A stretch of 64,000 nucleotides of DNA from Gammaproteobacteria bacterium (GTDB taxonomy: Bacteria > Pseudomonadota > Gammaproteobacteria > SURF-13): the NCBI GenBank assembly GCA_030680605.1, contig JAUXUQ010000002.1, positions 257,536 to 321,535 of the forward strand, in the 5' to 3' direction. Position 1 is the stretch's first letter, and every line of letters starts with the position of its first letter. The notes beneath the pieces are model-generated. The model searched no databases. It worked only from the letters and a program-made list of their open reading frames with translations, and was not told the DNA's origin. Below, one piece after another: positions 40,327 to 51,328 of the stretch. The translations under genes and the position numbers were made by a program.

Positions 40327-40467
40327 AGAATAACGCAGAATTATGTGATGGCGGTTACGATGTTGTCGAGAAGGAGGTAAGCAGTGCGCGCTCAGGCTGT
40401 TTCTCGCCCTTTCTCCCTCACCCCAACCCCAACCCTTCCCTGAGGGAGAGGGGGTACAAAAAACAGG

Positions 40468-41787
40468 TCAGCCAGCGGGGCGGATTTTCTGCGCCCAGCC
40501 GCGCGCCTTGATCACCAGTTCGGCCTCATCCAGCGTGGTGAGCTGGCGTTGCTTGAGTACATGCTGCCCCGCCACCCACACGTCGGTGACCTTGTCGCGC
40601 CCGGTGGCATAGACGAGTTGCGACACAGGGTCGTAGAGCGGTTGCGTTTCAAGGTCGCCGAGATGTACCGCCGTGATGTCGGCGGCCTTGCCGGGCAGCA
40701 GCGAGCCGGTGATGTCACCCAGCCCCAGCGCCCGCGCGCCATTGAGTGTGGCCATGCGCAAGGCGGTGGCGGCGGGCACGCTGGTGGCATCGCCGCTCAC
40801 GCCCTTGGCGAGCAAGGCGGCGCTGCGCATTTCGCTGAACATGTCGAGGTCGTTGTTGCTGGCAGCGCCATCGGTACCGAGTGCGACATTGACGCCCGCC
40901 TTGATGAGCTTGTCCAGCGGGCAGAAGCCGCTGGCGAGCTTGAGGTTGGACTCCGGGCAATGCACGACGTGGGCGCGGCTGGCGGCGACCTGAGCAACTT
41001 CATCGTCGGTGAGCTGCGTCATGTGCACCGCCTGCAGGCGAGGCGACAATATGCCCAGCCGGGCCAGCCGGGCCAGTGGACGCTCGCCGGATTTTTCCAG
41101 TCCTTGTTCGATCTCAGCGCGCGTTTCATGTACGTGCATGTGGATTTGCCGGTCGAGCACGTCGGCGTACATCACGATCTTTTCCAGCGGGGCATCCGAC
41201 ACCGTGTAAGGCGCATGCGGCGCGAGGGTGGTGGTGATCAGGGGGTGATCCTTGTAGGCATCATGGACTTCGAGCCCCTTGTGCAGGTATTCGTCGGCGT
41301 TGGCCGCCCAGGCGGTGGGGAAGTCGATCAGTATCAGGCCAATGCTGGCGCGCATGCCGCAGGCAGCGGTGACACGTGCGGTGTGGTCGGGGAAAAAGTA
41401 CATGTCGTTGAAACAGGTGGTGCCGCCGCGCAGCATTTCGGCAATGGCGAGCTGGGTGCCATCCTGTATGAATTGAGGGCTGACCCAGGCGCTTTCGGCG
41501 GGCCAGATGTGCTGGTTCAGCCATTCCATGAGCGGCAGGTCGTCGGCCAGCCCGCGCAACAGCGACATGGCGGCATGGGTGTGGGCGTTGATGAGGCCGG
41601 GGATCAGTGCATGCTCGTCGAGACGCAGTGTGGTGGCGGCAGAGTAGCGAAGCTGTGCCTCGTTTGCGGGCAGCAGGTCAAGAATGCGGCCTTCATGAAC
41701 AGCGAGGCAGTGATCGCTGTAAACGGCGCCTGCCGGCTCTACCGGAATGATCCACCGCGCATGCAGCAAGAGGTCAATGGCAAGCAT
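40468..41787 (-). CDS. mtaD: TRZ/ATZ-family amidohydrolase (5-methylthioadenosine/S-adenosylhomocysteine deaminase-like)
   Basis: Metal-dependent amidohydrolase motifs (INAHTHAAMSL, HxH, conserved Asp near the C-terminus). Start set at MLAIDLLLHARWIIP. Confidence 0.75.
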   Translation of the reverse strand: MLAIDLLLHARWIIPVEPAGAVYSDHCLAVHEGRILDLLPANEAQLRYSAATTLRLDEHALIPGLINAHTHAAMSLLRGLADDLPLMEWLNQHIWPAESAWVSPQFIQDGTQLAIAEMLRGGTTCFNDMYFFPDHTARVTAACGMRASIGLILIDFPTAWAANADEYLHKGLEVHDAYKDHPLITTTLAPHAPYTVSDAPLEKIVMYADVLDRQIHMHVHETRAEIEQGLEKSGERPLARLARLGILSPRLQAVHMTQLTDDEVAQVAASRAHVVHCPESNLKLASGFCPLDKLIKAGVNVALGTDGAASNNDLDMFSEMRSAALLAKGVSGDATSVPAATALRMATLNGARALGLGDITGSLLPGKAADITAVHLGDLETQPLYDPVSQLVYATGRDKVTDVWVAGQHVLKQRQLTTLDEAELVIKARGWAQKIRPAG

Positions 41788-41872
41788 AATGTTCGATGAT
41801 AACGGGTGCGCCCCGTATAAAAAAAGCCCCGCACGAGGCGGGGCTGAAGGGGTTTTGTTGAATAGGTTGCGC

Positions 41873-42535
41873 TTAGTTTTCGCGCTGTACCTTGGTCTCA
41901 ACGACAACGCGACGGTTCGGTGCCAGGCAGTCGATGAGGGCAGTGCGACCCTTGACGCCATCACAGCTTACGACCGGCTCTTCTTCACCTTTGGCGGCTG
42001 TCTCAATGCGGTTACTGCTGACACCCTTCTCAACCAGGTAGTTCTTGACGGCGTCGGCACGGCGCTGTGAGAGCTTCATGTTGTAGCTGTTGGTGCCGAT
42101 GCGATCGGTATGGCCAGTGACGAGCAGTACGTCCACTTCCTTATGCTGGTTCATCTGGGTAACGAAATCGTCCAGCTTGGCTTTGCCTTCCGCTTTCACC
42201 ACGGCCTTGTCGAAATCGAAGAAGGCATCGGTCTGCAGGGTGGCGCGGATGGCGGCCGGTTTCGGGCCAGCTGCGACAGGTGCTTCCGGGGCTTTTTCTG
42301 CCATCGGCGGGGCTGCAGCTACGGCGTCGCCACACTCAACCAGGGCATGCTCTTGACTCCACGAGCCGGTGCGGATGCACTTGCCGGAGCCATCACGTAC
42401 CAAGGTGCCGGAGCCGTCTACGACATAGGCGTGATTGTTGGTGATGCCTCCTGCTGCCAAGACACCATTTGTGGCCACCAGAGAGATCACGGCCACAATA
42501 CTGCTTATTAAGAAATTCTTGGTTGCTGTTCTCAT
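41873..42535 (-). CDS. OmpA-family outer-membrane lipoprotein (C-terminal OmpA/peptidoglycan-binding domain)
   Basis: Signal peptide, Ala/Pro-rich linker, OmpA_C motif (TGHTDRIGTNSYNMKLSQRRADAVKNYL). Confidence 0.75.
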   Translation of the reverse strand: MRTATKNFLISSIVAVISLVATNGVLAAGGITNNHAYVVDGSGTLVRDGSGKCIRTGSWSQEHALVECGDAVAAAPPMAEKAPEAPVAAGPKPAAIRATLQTDAFFDFDKAVVKAEGKAKLDDFVTQMNQHKEVDVLLVTGHTDRIGTNSYNMKLSQRRADAVKNYLVEKGVSSNRIETAAKGEEEPVVSCDGVKGRTALIDCLAPNRRVVVETKVQREN

Positions 42536-42843
42536 ATGGTGGGACTCCTTCGCTATGAAAGCTATTTTTAGAAAGCTATTACAGATTCGTTGATATAGTT
42601 ATCACTGATCAGCTGTAAGTTAGCAGTATACTGCATATTATTCTATAGCAACAAGGGGCAACAAGATCTTTTGGCTCTGTGGATAAGTGTCAAAAATGTG
42701 CATATTTGTGACGATATAATAATCTAGACAGTGTGGAATAAGGCTACATCCCCGCGAATGCCGTATCTGTGCGCTGCCGCACATAGAGCGGTCATTTTGA
42801 TTGCGGCTATCCAGTTCCAGCTACAGAGGTTATCCGAGGATAA

Positions 42844-43938
42844 ATGATGGTGTCAAGCGACAACCCGGGTGCCCGATCGAGGCATGCAATAACTGCGCTG
42901 GCGGACAGCGATAGTGTGCGCGCCGTGGAGTGGCGCGGAGGGGCATTGCGTTTGCTGGATCAGCGGGCACTGCCACAGACCACAGCGTATCTGGTGTGCC
43001 ACGATGCCGCAAGCGTAGCCCAGGCCATTACCGACATGGCGGTGCGCGGCGCGCCTGCCATTGGCATTGCAGCGGCGTATGGCGTAGCGCTGGCGGCGCA
43101 GCAGCGCTATGCCGACTCACCCGCCCGCTGGCGGGTCGCTATGGAGCCGGATATCAAACTGCTTGCCTGCTCGCGCCCGACGGCGGTCAATCTGTTTTGG
43201 GCGCTGGAGCGCATGCAGACAGCGCTGGTGGAGGTGGCGGGGGATCCGGGTCCGATCCTGCTCGCCGAGGCGCGGCGCATCCACGATGAGGATGTCACTG
43301 CCAACCGCCGCATGGGCGAGCTGGGTGCGGCCTTGATGGAGGCCGGGGGCGGGGTGTTGACGCACTGTAATACCGGTTCGCTGGCCACGGGCGGTTACGG
43401 CACGGCCTTGGGCGTGATCCGGGCGGCCTATGCGGCGGGCAAGATCGACAAGGTGTATGCCGGCGAGACCCGGCCCTGGTTGCAGGGGGCGCGGCTCACT
43501 GCTTGGGAGCTGGTGCAGGACGGTATTCCGGTGACCCTGATTGCCGACGGCGCAGCGGCATGGCTGATGCGCCAGGGAGGGCTGGGCTGGGTGGTGGTAG
43601 GTGCGGATCGCATTGCGGCCAATGGTGATGTGGCCAACAAGATTGGCACCTACGGCCTCGCGCTGGCAGCACGTCAGCACGGTGTGAGATTCATGGTGGT
43701 GGCGCCCTGCTCGACCCTGGACATGAGCCTGCACAGCGGTGCCGATATCCCCATTGAGACGCGTACGGCGGTGGAACTGCTGACGCTCGCGGGACAGCCG
43801 GTGGCGGCCAGCGGGGCCGAGGCATGGAACCCGGTGTTTGATGTTACGCCAGCAGCACTGGTGGATGTGCTGGTGACGGAGCGCGGCGTGGTGCTGGCGC
43901 CGGACAGGCGCCAGATTGCGGCGTTGGCGAGCGCCTGA
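42844..43938 (+). CDS. mtnA: S-methyl-5-thioribose-1-phosphate isomerase (eIF-2B-like family)
   Basis: MtnA motifs ([19 protein letters not shown], conserved Cys/Asp). Confidence 0.85.
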   Translation: MMVSSDNPGARSRHAITALADSDSVRAVEWRGGALRLLDQRALPQTTAYLVCHDAASVAQAITDMAVRGAPAIGIAAAYGVALAAQQRYADSPARWRVAMEPDIKLLACSRPTAVNLFWALERMQTALVEVAGDPGPILLAEARRIHDEDVTANRRMGELGAALMEAGGGVLTHCNTGSLATGGYGTALGVIRAAYAAGKIDKVYAGETRPWLQGARLTAWELVQDGIPVTLIADGAAAWLMRQGGLGWVVVGADRIAANGDVANKIGTYGLALAARQHGVRFMVVAPCSTLDMSLHSGADIPIETRTAVELLTLAGQPVAASGAEAWNPVFDVTPAALVDVLVTERGVVLAPDRRQIAALASA

Positions 43939-44065
43939 GCCAGCGTTCACGGCCTCATTTTAGGTGCCGGATAGGGGGTGTTTATGCTATCCTAGGCGCT
44001 CACAAAAACAGTGCCTGATACCTTGATTTTTCCAGTTCTGACACACGCCCTACTGAACCTCTCTG

Positions 44066-46624
44066 ATGGTTGATTTCGCCAAAGAAGTCCTCCCCGTCAA
44101 CATCGAAGAGGAGATGAAGCAGTCGTACCTCGATTATGCGATGAGCGTGATCGTGGGCCGCGCCCTGCCGGATGTGCGTGACGGCCTGAAACCCGTGCAC
44201 CGCCGCGTGTTGTACGCGATGAGTGAGCTCGGTAACGACTGGAACAAGCCCTACAAAAAGTCGGCACGCGTGGTCGGTGATGTCATCGGTAAGTACCACC
44301 CGCACGGCGATACGGCGGTGTATGACACCATCGTGCGCATGGCGCAGCCCTTTTCACTGCGCTACATGCTGGTCGACGGGCAGGGCAACTTCGGCTCGGT
44401 CGATGGCGACGCGCCTGCGGCGATGCGTTACACCGAAGTGCGCATGTCGCGCATCGCGCACGAGATGCTGGCCGATCTCGACAAGGAAACGGTCGATTTT
44501 GTCCCCAACTACGACGAATCCGAACGCGAGCCGGTGGTGTTTCCGGCCCGCATCCCCAACCTGCTGATCAATGGCTCCAGCGGCATCGCGGTCGGCATGG
44601 CGACCAATATCCCGCCGCACAATCTGGGTGAGGTGGTCGACGCCTGCCTGGCACTGATCGAAGACCAGGCGCTGGGTGTGCCGGAGCTGATGAAGTACAT
44701 CCCCGGCCCGGATTTCCCTACTGCCGGCATCATCAGCGGTGTGGCCGGTATTCACGAGGCCTATCGCAGTGGTCGCGGACGCCTGATCGTGCGCGGACGC
44801 ACCGAGATTGAGACCGACGAGACCAGCGGCAGGCAAACCATCATCGTCACCGAGCTGCCCTATCAGGTGAACAAGGCGCGTCTGCTGGAGCGCATCGCCG
44901 AGCTGGTCAAGGAGAAAAAGCTCGAGGGCATTTCCGAGCTGCGGGACGAGTCCGACAAGGACGGCATGCGCATGGTCATTGCGCTCAAGCGTGGCGAAGT
45001 GGCGGAAGTTCTGCTCAACAACCTGTACCTGCATACGCAACTGCAAAGCGTTTTCGGCATCAATATGGTGGCGCTGGTGGATGGGCAGCCGCGCTTGCTG
45101 AATCTCAAGCAGGCGCTGGAACTGTTTATCCGCCACCGGCGCGAGGTGGTGACGCGGCGTACCGTGTATGAGTTGCGCAAGGCGCGTGAACGTGCCCATA
45201 TCCTCGAAGGCCTGACGATCGCACTGGCCAATATTGATGCCGTTATTGCGCTGATCAAGGCCGCACCCGACCCCGCGCAGGCGCGCGAAGGCCTGCTGGC
45301 GCAACGCTGGGCGCCGGGTGCGGTGCGCGACATGTTGGCACGCGCGGGCGCCGCCGCATCACGCCCCGACGATCTGGCGCCGGAATTCGGGCTGGATGCG
45401 GAGGGCTATCGCCTCACGCAGGTGCAGGCACAGGCGATACTTGATTTGCGTCTGCACCGGCTTACCGGGCTGGAGCAGGACAAGATTGTCAGTGAGTATC
45501 GTGAACTGCTGGATACCATCGCGCGCCTGCTGGGCATACTGGCCAGCAATGAACGGCTGATGCAGGTGATTCACGGCGAGCTGACCCAAATACGTGAGCA
45601 GTATGCCGACAAGCGCCGCACCGAGATTGTTCTCGACCACCAGGACCTCACCCTTGAGGATCTGATTAACGTTGAGGATGTGGTGGTGACCCTGTCGCAT
45701 GCGGGCTATGTGAAGTCGCAACCCCTGTCACTGTATCGTGCGCAGAAACGCGGTGGTCGGGGCAAGGCGGTGACCAGCGTACGCGACGAGGATTTTGTCG
45801 AAAAGCTGTTTGTCGCCAGCACGCACGACACCATTCTGTGCTTCTCCAGCCGCGGCAAGGTGTACTGGATGAAGGTGTATGAATTGCCGCAGGCGGGGCG
45901 CATCGCGCGCGGCAAGCCGATCATCAATCTGTTGCCGCTGGAGCCGGACGAACGTATCAACGCCATCCTGCCGGTGCACGAATTTACCTCGGACCATTAC
46001 GTCTTCATGGCCACGGCGCAGGGCACCGTGAAAAAGACACCGCTGGTGGAGTTTTCACGCCCGCGTCCGAGCGGCATCATTGCGCTCGATCTGCGCGCGG
46101 ACGACCAGTTGGTCGGCGTGGCGCTCACCGATGGCAAGCAGGACATCATGCTCTTTACCGATACCGGCAAGGTGATTCGCTTCGAGGAGCAGGATGTGCG
46201 CTCCATGGGCCGTACCGCCTGTGGTGTGCGTGGTATCCGCCTGGGCGCAGGGCAGCGCGTGATCTCACTCATTATCGCCGACGAAGGTGCGGTGCTGACG
46301 GCTACCGAGCGTGGCTACGGGAAGCGGACGCCGATAGGGGATTATCCCAGGCATGGACGTGGCGGTCAGGGCGTTATTTCGATCCAGACCACCGATCGTA
46401 ACGGTGCAGTGATCGGCGCGGTGCGGGTGCTGGAGGCCGACGAAATCATGCTCATCACCAACGGCGGCACGCTGGTACGGACGCGTGCCAGCGAAGTGTC
46501 CCAGGTGGGTCGTAACACACAGGGCGTGAAGCTTATCAGCCCGTCGGAAAATGAAAAGTTAATAGGCATCGAGCGCATTGGCGATGTCGGGGAAGAGCAG
46601 GACGCAGGGCCTGCCCCGGAATGA
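44066..46624 (+). CDS. gyrA: DNA gyrase subunit A
   Basis: Active-site region AAMRYTE, QRDR ([11 protein letters not shown]), C-terminal beta-pinwheel repeats. 852 aa. Confidence 0.95.
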   Translation: MVDFAKEVLPVNIEEEMKQSYLDYAMSVIVGRALPDVRDGLKPVHRRVLYAMSELGNDWNKPYKKSARVVGDVIGKYHPHGDTAVYDTIVRMAQPFSLRYMLVDGQGNFGSVDGDAPAAMRYTEVRMSRIAHEMLADLDKETVDFVPNYDESEREPVVFPARIPNLLINGSSGIAVGMATNIPPHNLGEVVDACLALIEDQALGVPELMKYIPGPDFPTAGIISGVAGIHEAYRSGRGRLIVRGRTEIETDETSGRQTIIVTELPYQVNKARLLERIAELVKEKKLEGISELRDESDKDGMRMVIALKRGEVAEVLLNNLYLHTQLQSVFGINMVALVDGQPRLLNLKQALELFIRHRREVVTRRTVYELRKARERAHILEGLTIALANIDAVIALIKAAPDPAQAREGLLAQRWAPGAVRDMLARAGAAASRPDDLAPEFGLDAEGYRLTQVQAQAILDLRLHRLTGLEQDKIVSEYRELLDTIARLLGILASNERLMQVIHGELTQIREQYADKRRTEIVLDHQDLTLEDLINVEDVVVTLSHAGYVKSQPLSLYRAQKRGGRGKAVTSVRDEDFVEKLFVASTHDTILCFSSRGKVYWMKVYELPQAGRIARGKPIINLLPLEPDERINAILPVHEFTSDHYVFMATAQGTVKKTPLVEFSRPRPSGIIALDLRADDQLVGVALTDGKQDIMLFTDTGKVIRFEEQDVRSMGRTACGVRGIRLGAGQRVISLIIADEGAVLTATERGYGKRTPIGDYPRHGRGGQGVISIQTTDRNGAVIGAVRVLEADEIMLITNGGTLVRTRASEVSQVGRNTQGVKLISPSENEKLIGIERIGDVGEEQDAGPAPE

Positions 46625-46648
46625 ATATTTATTGCAATGAGGGGTGTC

Positions 46649-47731
46649 ATGTCACGCGCATATAATTTCAGCGCCGGGCCGGCGGTATTGCCGGAAGAGG
46701 TTTTACGTCAGGCGGCAGACGAGATGCTGGACTGGCACGGCTGTGGCATGTCGGTGATGGAAATGAGCCACCGCGGCAAGGAATACATGTCGATTGCAGA
46801 AGGTGCCGAAGCCAGCCTGCGCGAGATCATGGCAATCCCGGCCAACTACAGGGTGCTGTTCCTGCAGGGCGGTGCCAGCAGCCAGTTTTCCATGGTGCCT
46901 ATGAATTTGCTGCGCGGCAAAGCCGAGGCTGACTACATCCATACCGGCGAATGGTCGAAGAAGGCCATAGCCGAGGGCAAGCGTTACTGCCAGGTGAATG
47001 TGGCAGCGAGCGCGGAAGACAGGGATTTCACATACGTCCCCGCGCAGCAAACATGGCGACTCAACCCTGGCGCGGCCTATGTGCATTACACGCCGAACGA
47101 GACCATCGGTGGTGTGGAATTCCACTGGGTGCCGGAGACCGGTGATGTGCCGCTGGTGGCGGATATGTCCTCGACCATTCTGTCGCGGCCGGTGGACGTG
47201 TCAAAGTTCGGCGTTATCTATGCGGGTGCGCAGAAGAACATCGGCCCGGCAGGGCTGACGCTGGTGATCGTGCGCGACGACCTGATAGGCCAGACGCTCC
47301 CCGGTACGCCGGTGATGTTCGATTACAAAATACACGCCGACAACGGCTCGATGTACAACACACCGGCGACTTACGGTTGGTATTTTGCGGGTCTGGTGTT
47401 CGACTGGATCAAGCGCCAGGGTGGGGTGCAAGGCATGGCGGAACGTAATCAGCGCAAGGCAGACAAGCTCTATGCCGCGATTGACGGCTCCGGGTACTAC
47501 AAGAGTCCGGTTGACCCTGCCTGCCGCTCGTGGATGAACGTGCCGTTCACGTTGCCCGACGAAAAGCTCGACAGCGTCTTTCTGTCCGAGGCCAAAAAGG
47601 CCGGGTTGCTCACACTGGCCGGTCACCGATCGGTGGGCGGGATGCGCGCGAGCATCTATAATGCCATGCCGGAGTCAGGTGTGGATGCGTTGGTGGCGTT
47701 CATGCGCGAATTTCAGCAGCGTCACGCCTGA
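46649..47731 (+). CDS. serC: Phosphoserine aminotransferase
   Basis: YNFSAGPAVLP start, PLP-lysine region, ~360 aa. Confidence 0.9.
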   Translation: MSRAYNFSAGPAVLPEEVLRQAADEMLDWHGCGMSVMEMSHRGKEYMSIAEGAEASLREIMAIPANYRVLFLQGGASSQFSMVPMNLLRGKAEADYIHTGEWSKKAIAEGKRYCQVNVAASAEDRDFTYVPAQQTWRLNPGAAYVHYTPNETIGGVEFHWVPETGDVPLVADMSSTILSRPVDVSKFGVIYAGAQKNIGPAGLTLVIVRDDLIGQTLPGTPVMFDYKIHADNGSMYNTPATYGWYFAGLVFDWIKRQGGVQGMAERNQRKADKLYAAIDGSGYYKSPVDPACRSWMNVPFTLPDEKLDSVFLSEAKKAGLLTLAGHRSVGGMRASIYNAMPESGVDALVAFMREFQQRHA

Positions 47732-47746
47732 GACAGCGAGGTTCTC

Positions 47747-48910
47747 ATGTTCAAAATTCAAACGTTAAACAACATCTCGGATATTGGTCTGGAGCGTCTG
47801 CCGCGCGATACGTATGAAATTGCGTCAGAGATGCGCCAGCCGGATGCAATTCTGCTGCGCTCATTCAAGATGCACGATATGGAAATACCTGCGTCGCTCA
47901 AGGCGGTAGGGCGTGCTGGCGCAGGTGTAAACAACATTCCCGTCGACAAGCTGTCAGCCCGGGGCATTCCTGTGTTCAATGCCCCCGGCGCGAATGCCAA
48001 CGCGGTAAAAGAGCTGGTGATTGCAGGCATGCTGCTCGCATGCCGCAACATCTGCCAGAGCTGGGATTTTGCACGCCGTCTTGAAGGCGACGACGCCACG
48101 CTGAATAAACTGGTCGAAGAGGGCAAAAAGGATTTCGTCGGCTTCGAGCTGCCCGGCCGCACGCTGGGCGTGATCGGGCTCGGCGCCATAGGGCGTGAAG
48201 TGGCAAACGCCGCTCTCGCGCTCGGCATGAAAGTAATCGGCTTCGACCCGGGTATCACCGTGCAGGGCGCATGGAAGCTGTCTTCCAGCGTGCAGCAGGC
48301 CGGCAGCGTGGATGATCTGGTGGCCAAGGCGGACTTTATCTCGCTGCATGTGCCACTCTCCGATGCGACGCGTAACCTCATTAATGCGCAGCGCCTGAAG
48401 CTTATGAAGAAAGGCGTGGTCTTGCTCAACTTTGCGCGCGAAGGCATCATTGATGTCGATGCACTGAATGCGGCGTTGGGCAGTGGCCAGGTGTATGCCT
48501 ATGTATGCGACTTTCCGAGCAATCTGTTCAAGGGTAGCAAGCGCGTCATTGCGCTGCCACATCTGGGCGCATCCACCGGCGAGGCCGAGGATAACTGCGC
48601 CGTGATGGTGGCGGAGCAGGTGCGTGATTTTCTCGAGAACGGCAATATTCACAACGCGGTGAATTTTCCCGAAGTGATGATGCCACGCACCGAAGGTCAG
48701 CGGATCGCCATTGCCAATGCCAACGTGCCCAACATGGTGGGACAGATTTCCACCGCGATGGCCAAGGCCGGGATCAATATCATTGACCTGATCAACAAGT
48801 CGCGCGGCGATTATGCCTATACGCTGGCCGATGCCGAAGGGAAAATTCCTGACAGCGTGGTGCAGGAAATTGCAAAAATTGACGGCGTATTGTCGGTGCG
48901 TACGTTGTAA
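47747..48910 (+). CDS. serA: D-3-phosphoglycerate dehydrogenase (short form with C-terminal ACT domain)
   Basis: 2-hydroxyacid dehydrogenase NAD-binding motif GLGAIG, catalytic His/Glu, C-terminal ACT region. Confidence 0.85.
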   Translation: MFKIQTLNNISDIGLERLPRDTYEIASEMRQPDAILLRSFKMHDMEIPASLKAVGRAGAGVNNIPVDKLSARGIPVFNAPGANANAVKELVIAGMLLACRNICQSWDFARRLEGDDATLNKLVEEGKKDFVGFELPGRTLGVIGLGAIGREVANAALALGMKVIGFDPGITVQGAWKLSSSVQQAGSVDDLVAKADFISLHVPLSDATRNLINAQRLKLMKKGVVLLNFAREGIIDVDALNAALGSGQVYAYVCDFPSNLFKGSKRVIALPHLGASTGEAEDNCAVMVAEQVRDFLENGNIHNAVNFPEVMMPRTEGQRIAIANANVPNMVGQISTAMAKAGINIIDLINKSRGDYAYTLADAEGKIPDSVVQEIAKIDGVLSVRTL

Positions 48911-48931
48911 ACCAGTGACGAGTGACTAGTT

Positions 48932-48999
48932 GCGAGTGGCGAGTAACTATATGAAGAATTCCCCAACAGACTGGTTTCCGCCGGCCACTCGCCACTCGC
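48932..48999. repeat. 13-bp inverted repeat GCGAGTGGCGAGT / ACTCGCCACTCGC (loop ~40 nt) between serA and pheA; terminator or REP-like
   Basis: Read directly from the sequence. Confidence 0.5.
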
Positions 49000-49015
49000 C
49001 ACACGCCACTATTTT

Positions 49016-50095
49016 ATGAGCGACACACTGCAAGCGCTGCGTGCCCGCATTGATGCGCTGGATGAAAAAATCCAGGCGCTGGTGAGCGAGCGTGCTGCGT
49101 GTGCGCAGGAAGTTGCAGAAGTGAAACGCGTCAGTGGCGAGCACAATGATTGTTACCGCGCCGAACGCGAGGCCGAGGTGCTGCGCAAGGTTCTGGAGCG
49201 CAATCACGGTCCGCTCAGTAATGAGGAAATAGCGCGGCTGTTCCGTGAAATAATATCTACCTGCCGTGCGCTGGAGCAACCGCTCAGCATTGCCTATCTG
49301 GGACCTCAGGGTACCTACTCCGAAGCGGCTGCCCTCAAGCATTTTGGGCATGCGGTTACAGCACTGCCGGTGGCGAATATCGATGATATCTTCCGTACTG
49401 TAGAGTCCGGCACGGCCAACTACGGCGTGGTACCGGTCGAGAACTCCACCGAGGGATCCGTCAGTCACACACTGGATATGCTTATGGTGTCGCCGCTCCG
49501 GATCTGCGGTGAGGTAGAGCTGCGTGTACATCACCAATTGTTGTGCAAATCCGGCACGCTGGCCGGGGCACAGCGCGTGTATGCCCATCCGCAGGCGCTG
49601 GCGCAGTGCCGGGTCTGGCTGGATAGCCACTTGCCCGGGGTGGATTTGTTGCCTGTGAGCAGTAATGCCGAGGGTGCCCGCCGTGCTGCACAGGAGACGG
49701 GCGCCGCCGCCATTGCCAGTGATCTTGCCGCGTCGATTTACCAGCTGCAGACGTTGGCGATGAATATAGAGGATGAATCCAACAATACCACGCGCTTTCT
49801 GGTGCTGGGGAAGCAGGACACGATGCCCAGCGGCCATGACAAAACATCACTGCTGGTGTCGACGCGCAACCAGTCCGGTGCGCTGCACCACCTGCTGCAG
49901 CCGCTTGCGCAGCATGAAATCAGCATGACGCGCATTGAGTCGCGTCCTTCCCGCCAGGCGGCCTGGGAGTATGTGTTTTTCATCGACATCGAGGGACACA
50001 TGCAGGAGCCGGCTGTTGCCGCAGCGTTGAAGGAGATACAGTCCGATGCGGCGCTGCTGAAGGTGCTGGGCTCCTACCCCAAGGCCGTGCTGTAA
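49016..50095 (+). CDS. pheA: Bifunctional chorismate mutase/prephenate dehydratase (P-protein)
   Basis: N-terminal chorismate mutase coiled helix (LRARIDALDEKIQALVSERA), PDT domain, C-terminal ACT domain (ESRPS motif). Confidence 0.9.
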   Translation: MSDTLQALRARIDALDEKIQALVSERAACAQEVAEVKRVSGEHNDCYRAEREAEVLRKVLERNHGPLSNEEIARLFREIISTCRALEQPLSIAYLGPQGTYSEAAALKHFGHAVTALPVANIDDIFRTVESGTANYGVVPVENSTEGSVSHTLDMLMVSPLRICGEVELRVHHQLLCKSGTLAGAQRVYAHPQALAQCRVWLDSHLPGVDLLPVSSNAEGARRAAQETGAAAIASDLAASIYQLQTLAMNIEDESNNTTRFLVLGKQDTMPSGHDKTSLLVSTRNQSGALHHLLQPLAQHEISMTRIESRPSRQAAWEYVFFIDIEGHMQEPAVAAALKEIQSDAALLKVLGSYPKAVL

Positions 50096-50106
50096 CCGGC
50101 TGCGCC

Positions 50107-51231
50107 ATGCGTTTCTCTTTTATGGAATTGGCCACGTCGGGCGTGCGCAACCTGCAACCCTATGTGCCGGGCAAGCCGGTTGCCGAACTGGAGCGCGAAT
50201 ACGGTGTGCGCGATGCCATCAAGCTGGCCTCAAACGAGAATCCACTGGGGCCGAGTCCGCGTGTGCTGGGTGCCATACAACAGTCGCTGACTCAGCTGGC
50301 GCGTTATCCGGACGGAGCGGGGTTTGAGTTGCGCGCCGCATTGGCACGCAGACACGGCGTGCAGTTGGACCAAATCACGCTGGGCAATGGCTCGAACGAC
50401 CTGCTGGAGCTGGTTACGCGCGCATTTGTCACGCCGCAGCATGAAGTGGTGTTTTCAGAGCATGCCTTTGCCGTATATCCCATTGTGACACAGGCGGTCG
50501 GTGCGACGGCGCGTGTCGCAGCAGTACACAACTGGGGCCATGATCTGGACGCCATGGGCGCGCTGGTCAATGAGCGTACCCGTGTAGTGTTTATAGCCAA
50601 CCCCAATAATCCTACCGGTACCTGGTTATCGGAATCTGCGCTGGAAGATTTCCTGCAGACGATTCCACCGGCTGTTCTGGTGGTGGTGGACGAGGCGTAT
50701 TTTGAGTATGCACGGGATACCGCTGCCGACTATCCGGACGCGAGCCAGTGGCTCACGCGGTTTCCAAACCTGATTGTGACACGCACCTTTTCCAAGGCGT
50801 ATGGCCTGGCAGGCCTGCGCGTGGGCTATGCACTGTCGCAGCCGGAAGTGGCGGATATGCTGAACCGTGTGCGCCAACCCTTCAATGTGAACAATCTGGG
50901 GCAAGTGGCGGCGCTGGCGGCGCTCGAAGACACCGATCACCTGGCGCGCAGTCTGGCATGTAATCGTGAGGGCATGGCACAGGTAACCTCGGCATTTGCC
51001 TTGATGGGGTTGACGTTCATCCCTTCGGCGGGAAATTTTGTGTGCGTAGATACCGGACGCGATGCGCTGGATGTTTATGACGCACTCCTGCGCGAGGGTG
51101 TCATTGTGCGCCCGGTGGCGAATTACGGCATGCCGCAACACCTGCGCGTCACGATCGGGTTGCCTGAAGAAAACGAACGTTTTATTAAAGCCTTGGAAAA
51201 GGTGTTGGCGAAGAATCAGCCAACTACTTAA
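50107..51231 (+). CDS. hisC: Histidinol-phosphate aminotransferase
   Basis: KLASNENPLGPSP motif, PLP-lysine region (TFSKAYGLAGLRVGY). Confidence 0.85.
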   Translation: MRFSFMELATSGVRNLQPYVPGKPVAELEREYGVRDAIKLASNENPLGPSPRVLGAIQQSLTQLARYPDGAGFELRAALARRHGVQLDQITLGNGSNDLLELVTRAFVTPQHEVVFSEHAFAVYPIVTQAVGATARVAAVHNWGHDLDAMGALVNERTRVVFIANPNNPTGTWLSESALEDFLQTIPPAVLVVVDEAYFEYARDTAADYPDASQWLTRFPNLIVTRTFSKAYGLAGLRVGYALSQPEVADMLNRVRQPFNVNNLGQVAALAALEDTDHLARSLACNREGMAQVTSAFALMGLTFIPSAGNFVCVDTGRDALDVYDALLREGVIVRPVANYGMPQHLRVTIGLPEENERFIKALEKVLAKNQPTT

Positions 51232-51328
51232 CGCAAAGACGCCATGACGCAAGAACGCTAATGCCAGTTGTCGCCTTGCCTGCTATTGTGAACTTTGCGT
51301 CCTTGCACCCTGGCGTTGGGTTTTAATA

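Noticed and set aside
40380-40467. C-rich segment CTCACCCCAACCCCAACCC with flanking inverted repeat between ubiG and mtaD
   Set aside because: Probably a simple intergenic hairpin/terminator. Too short and low-complexity to call a functional element.
42740-42843. Possible SAM-II-like riboswitch upstream of mtnA
   Set aside because: Only vague resemblance (GATTGCGGC…CAGCTACAG). Cannot be verified without a covariance-model search, and mtnA is not a typical SAM-II target.
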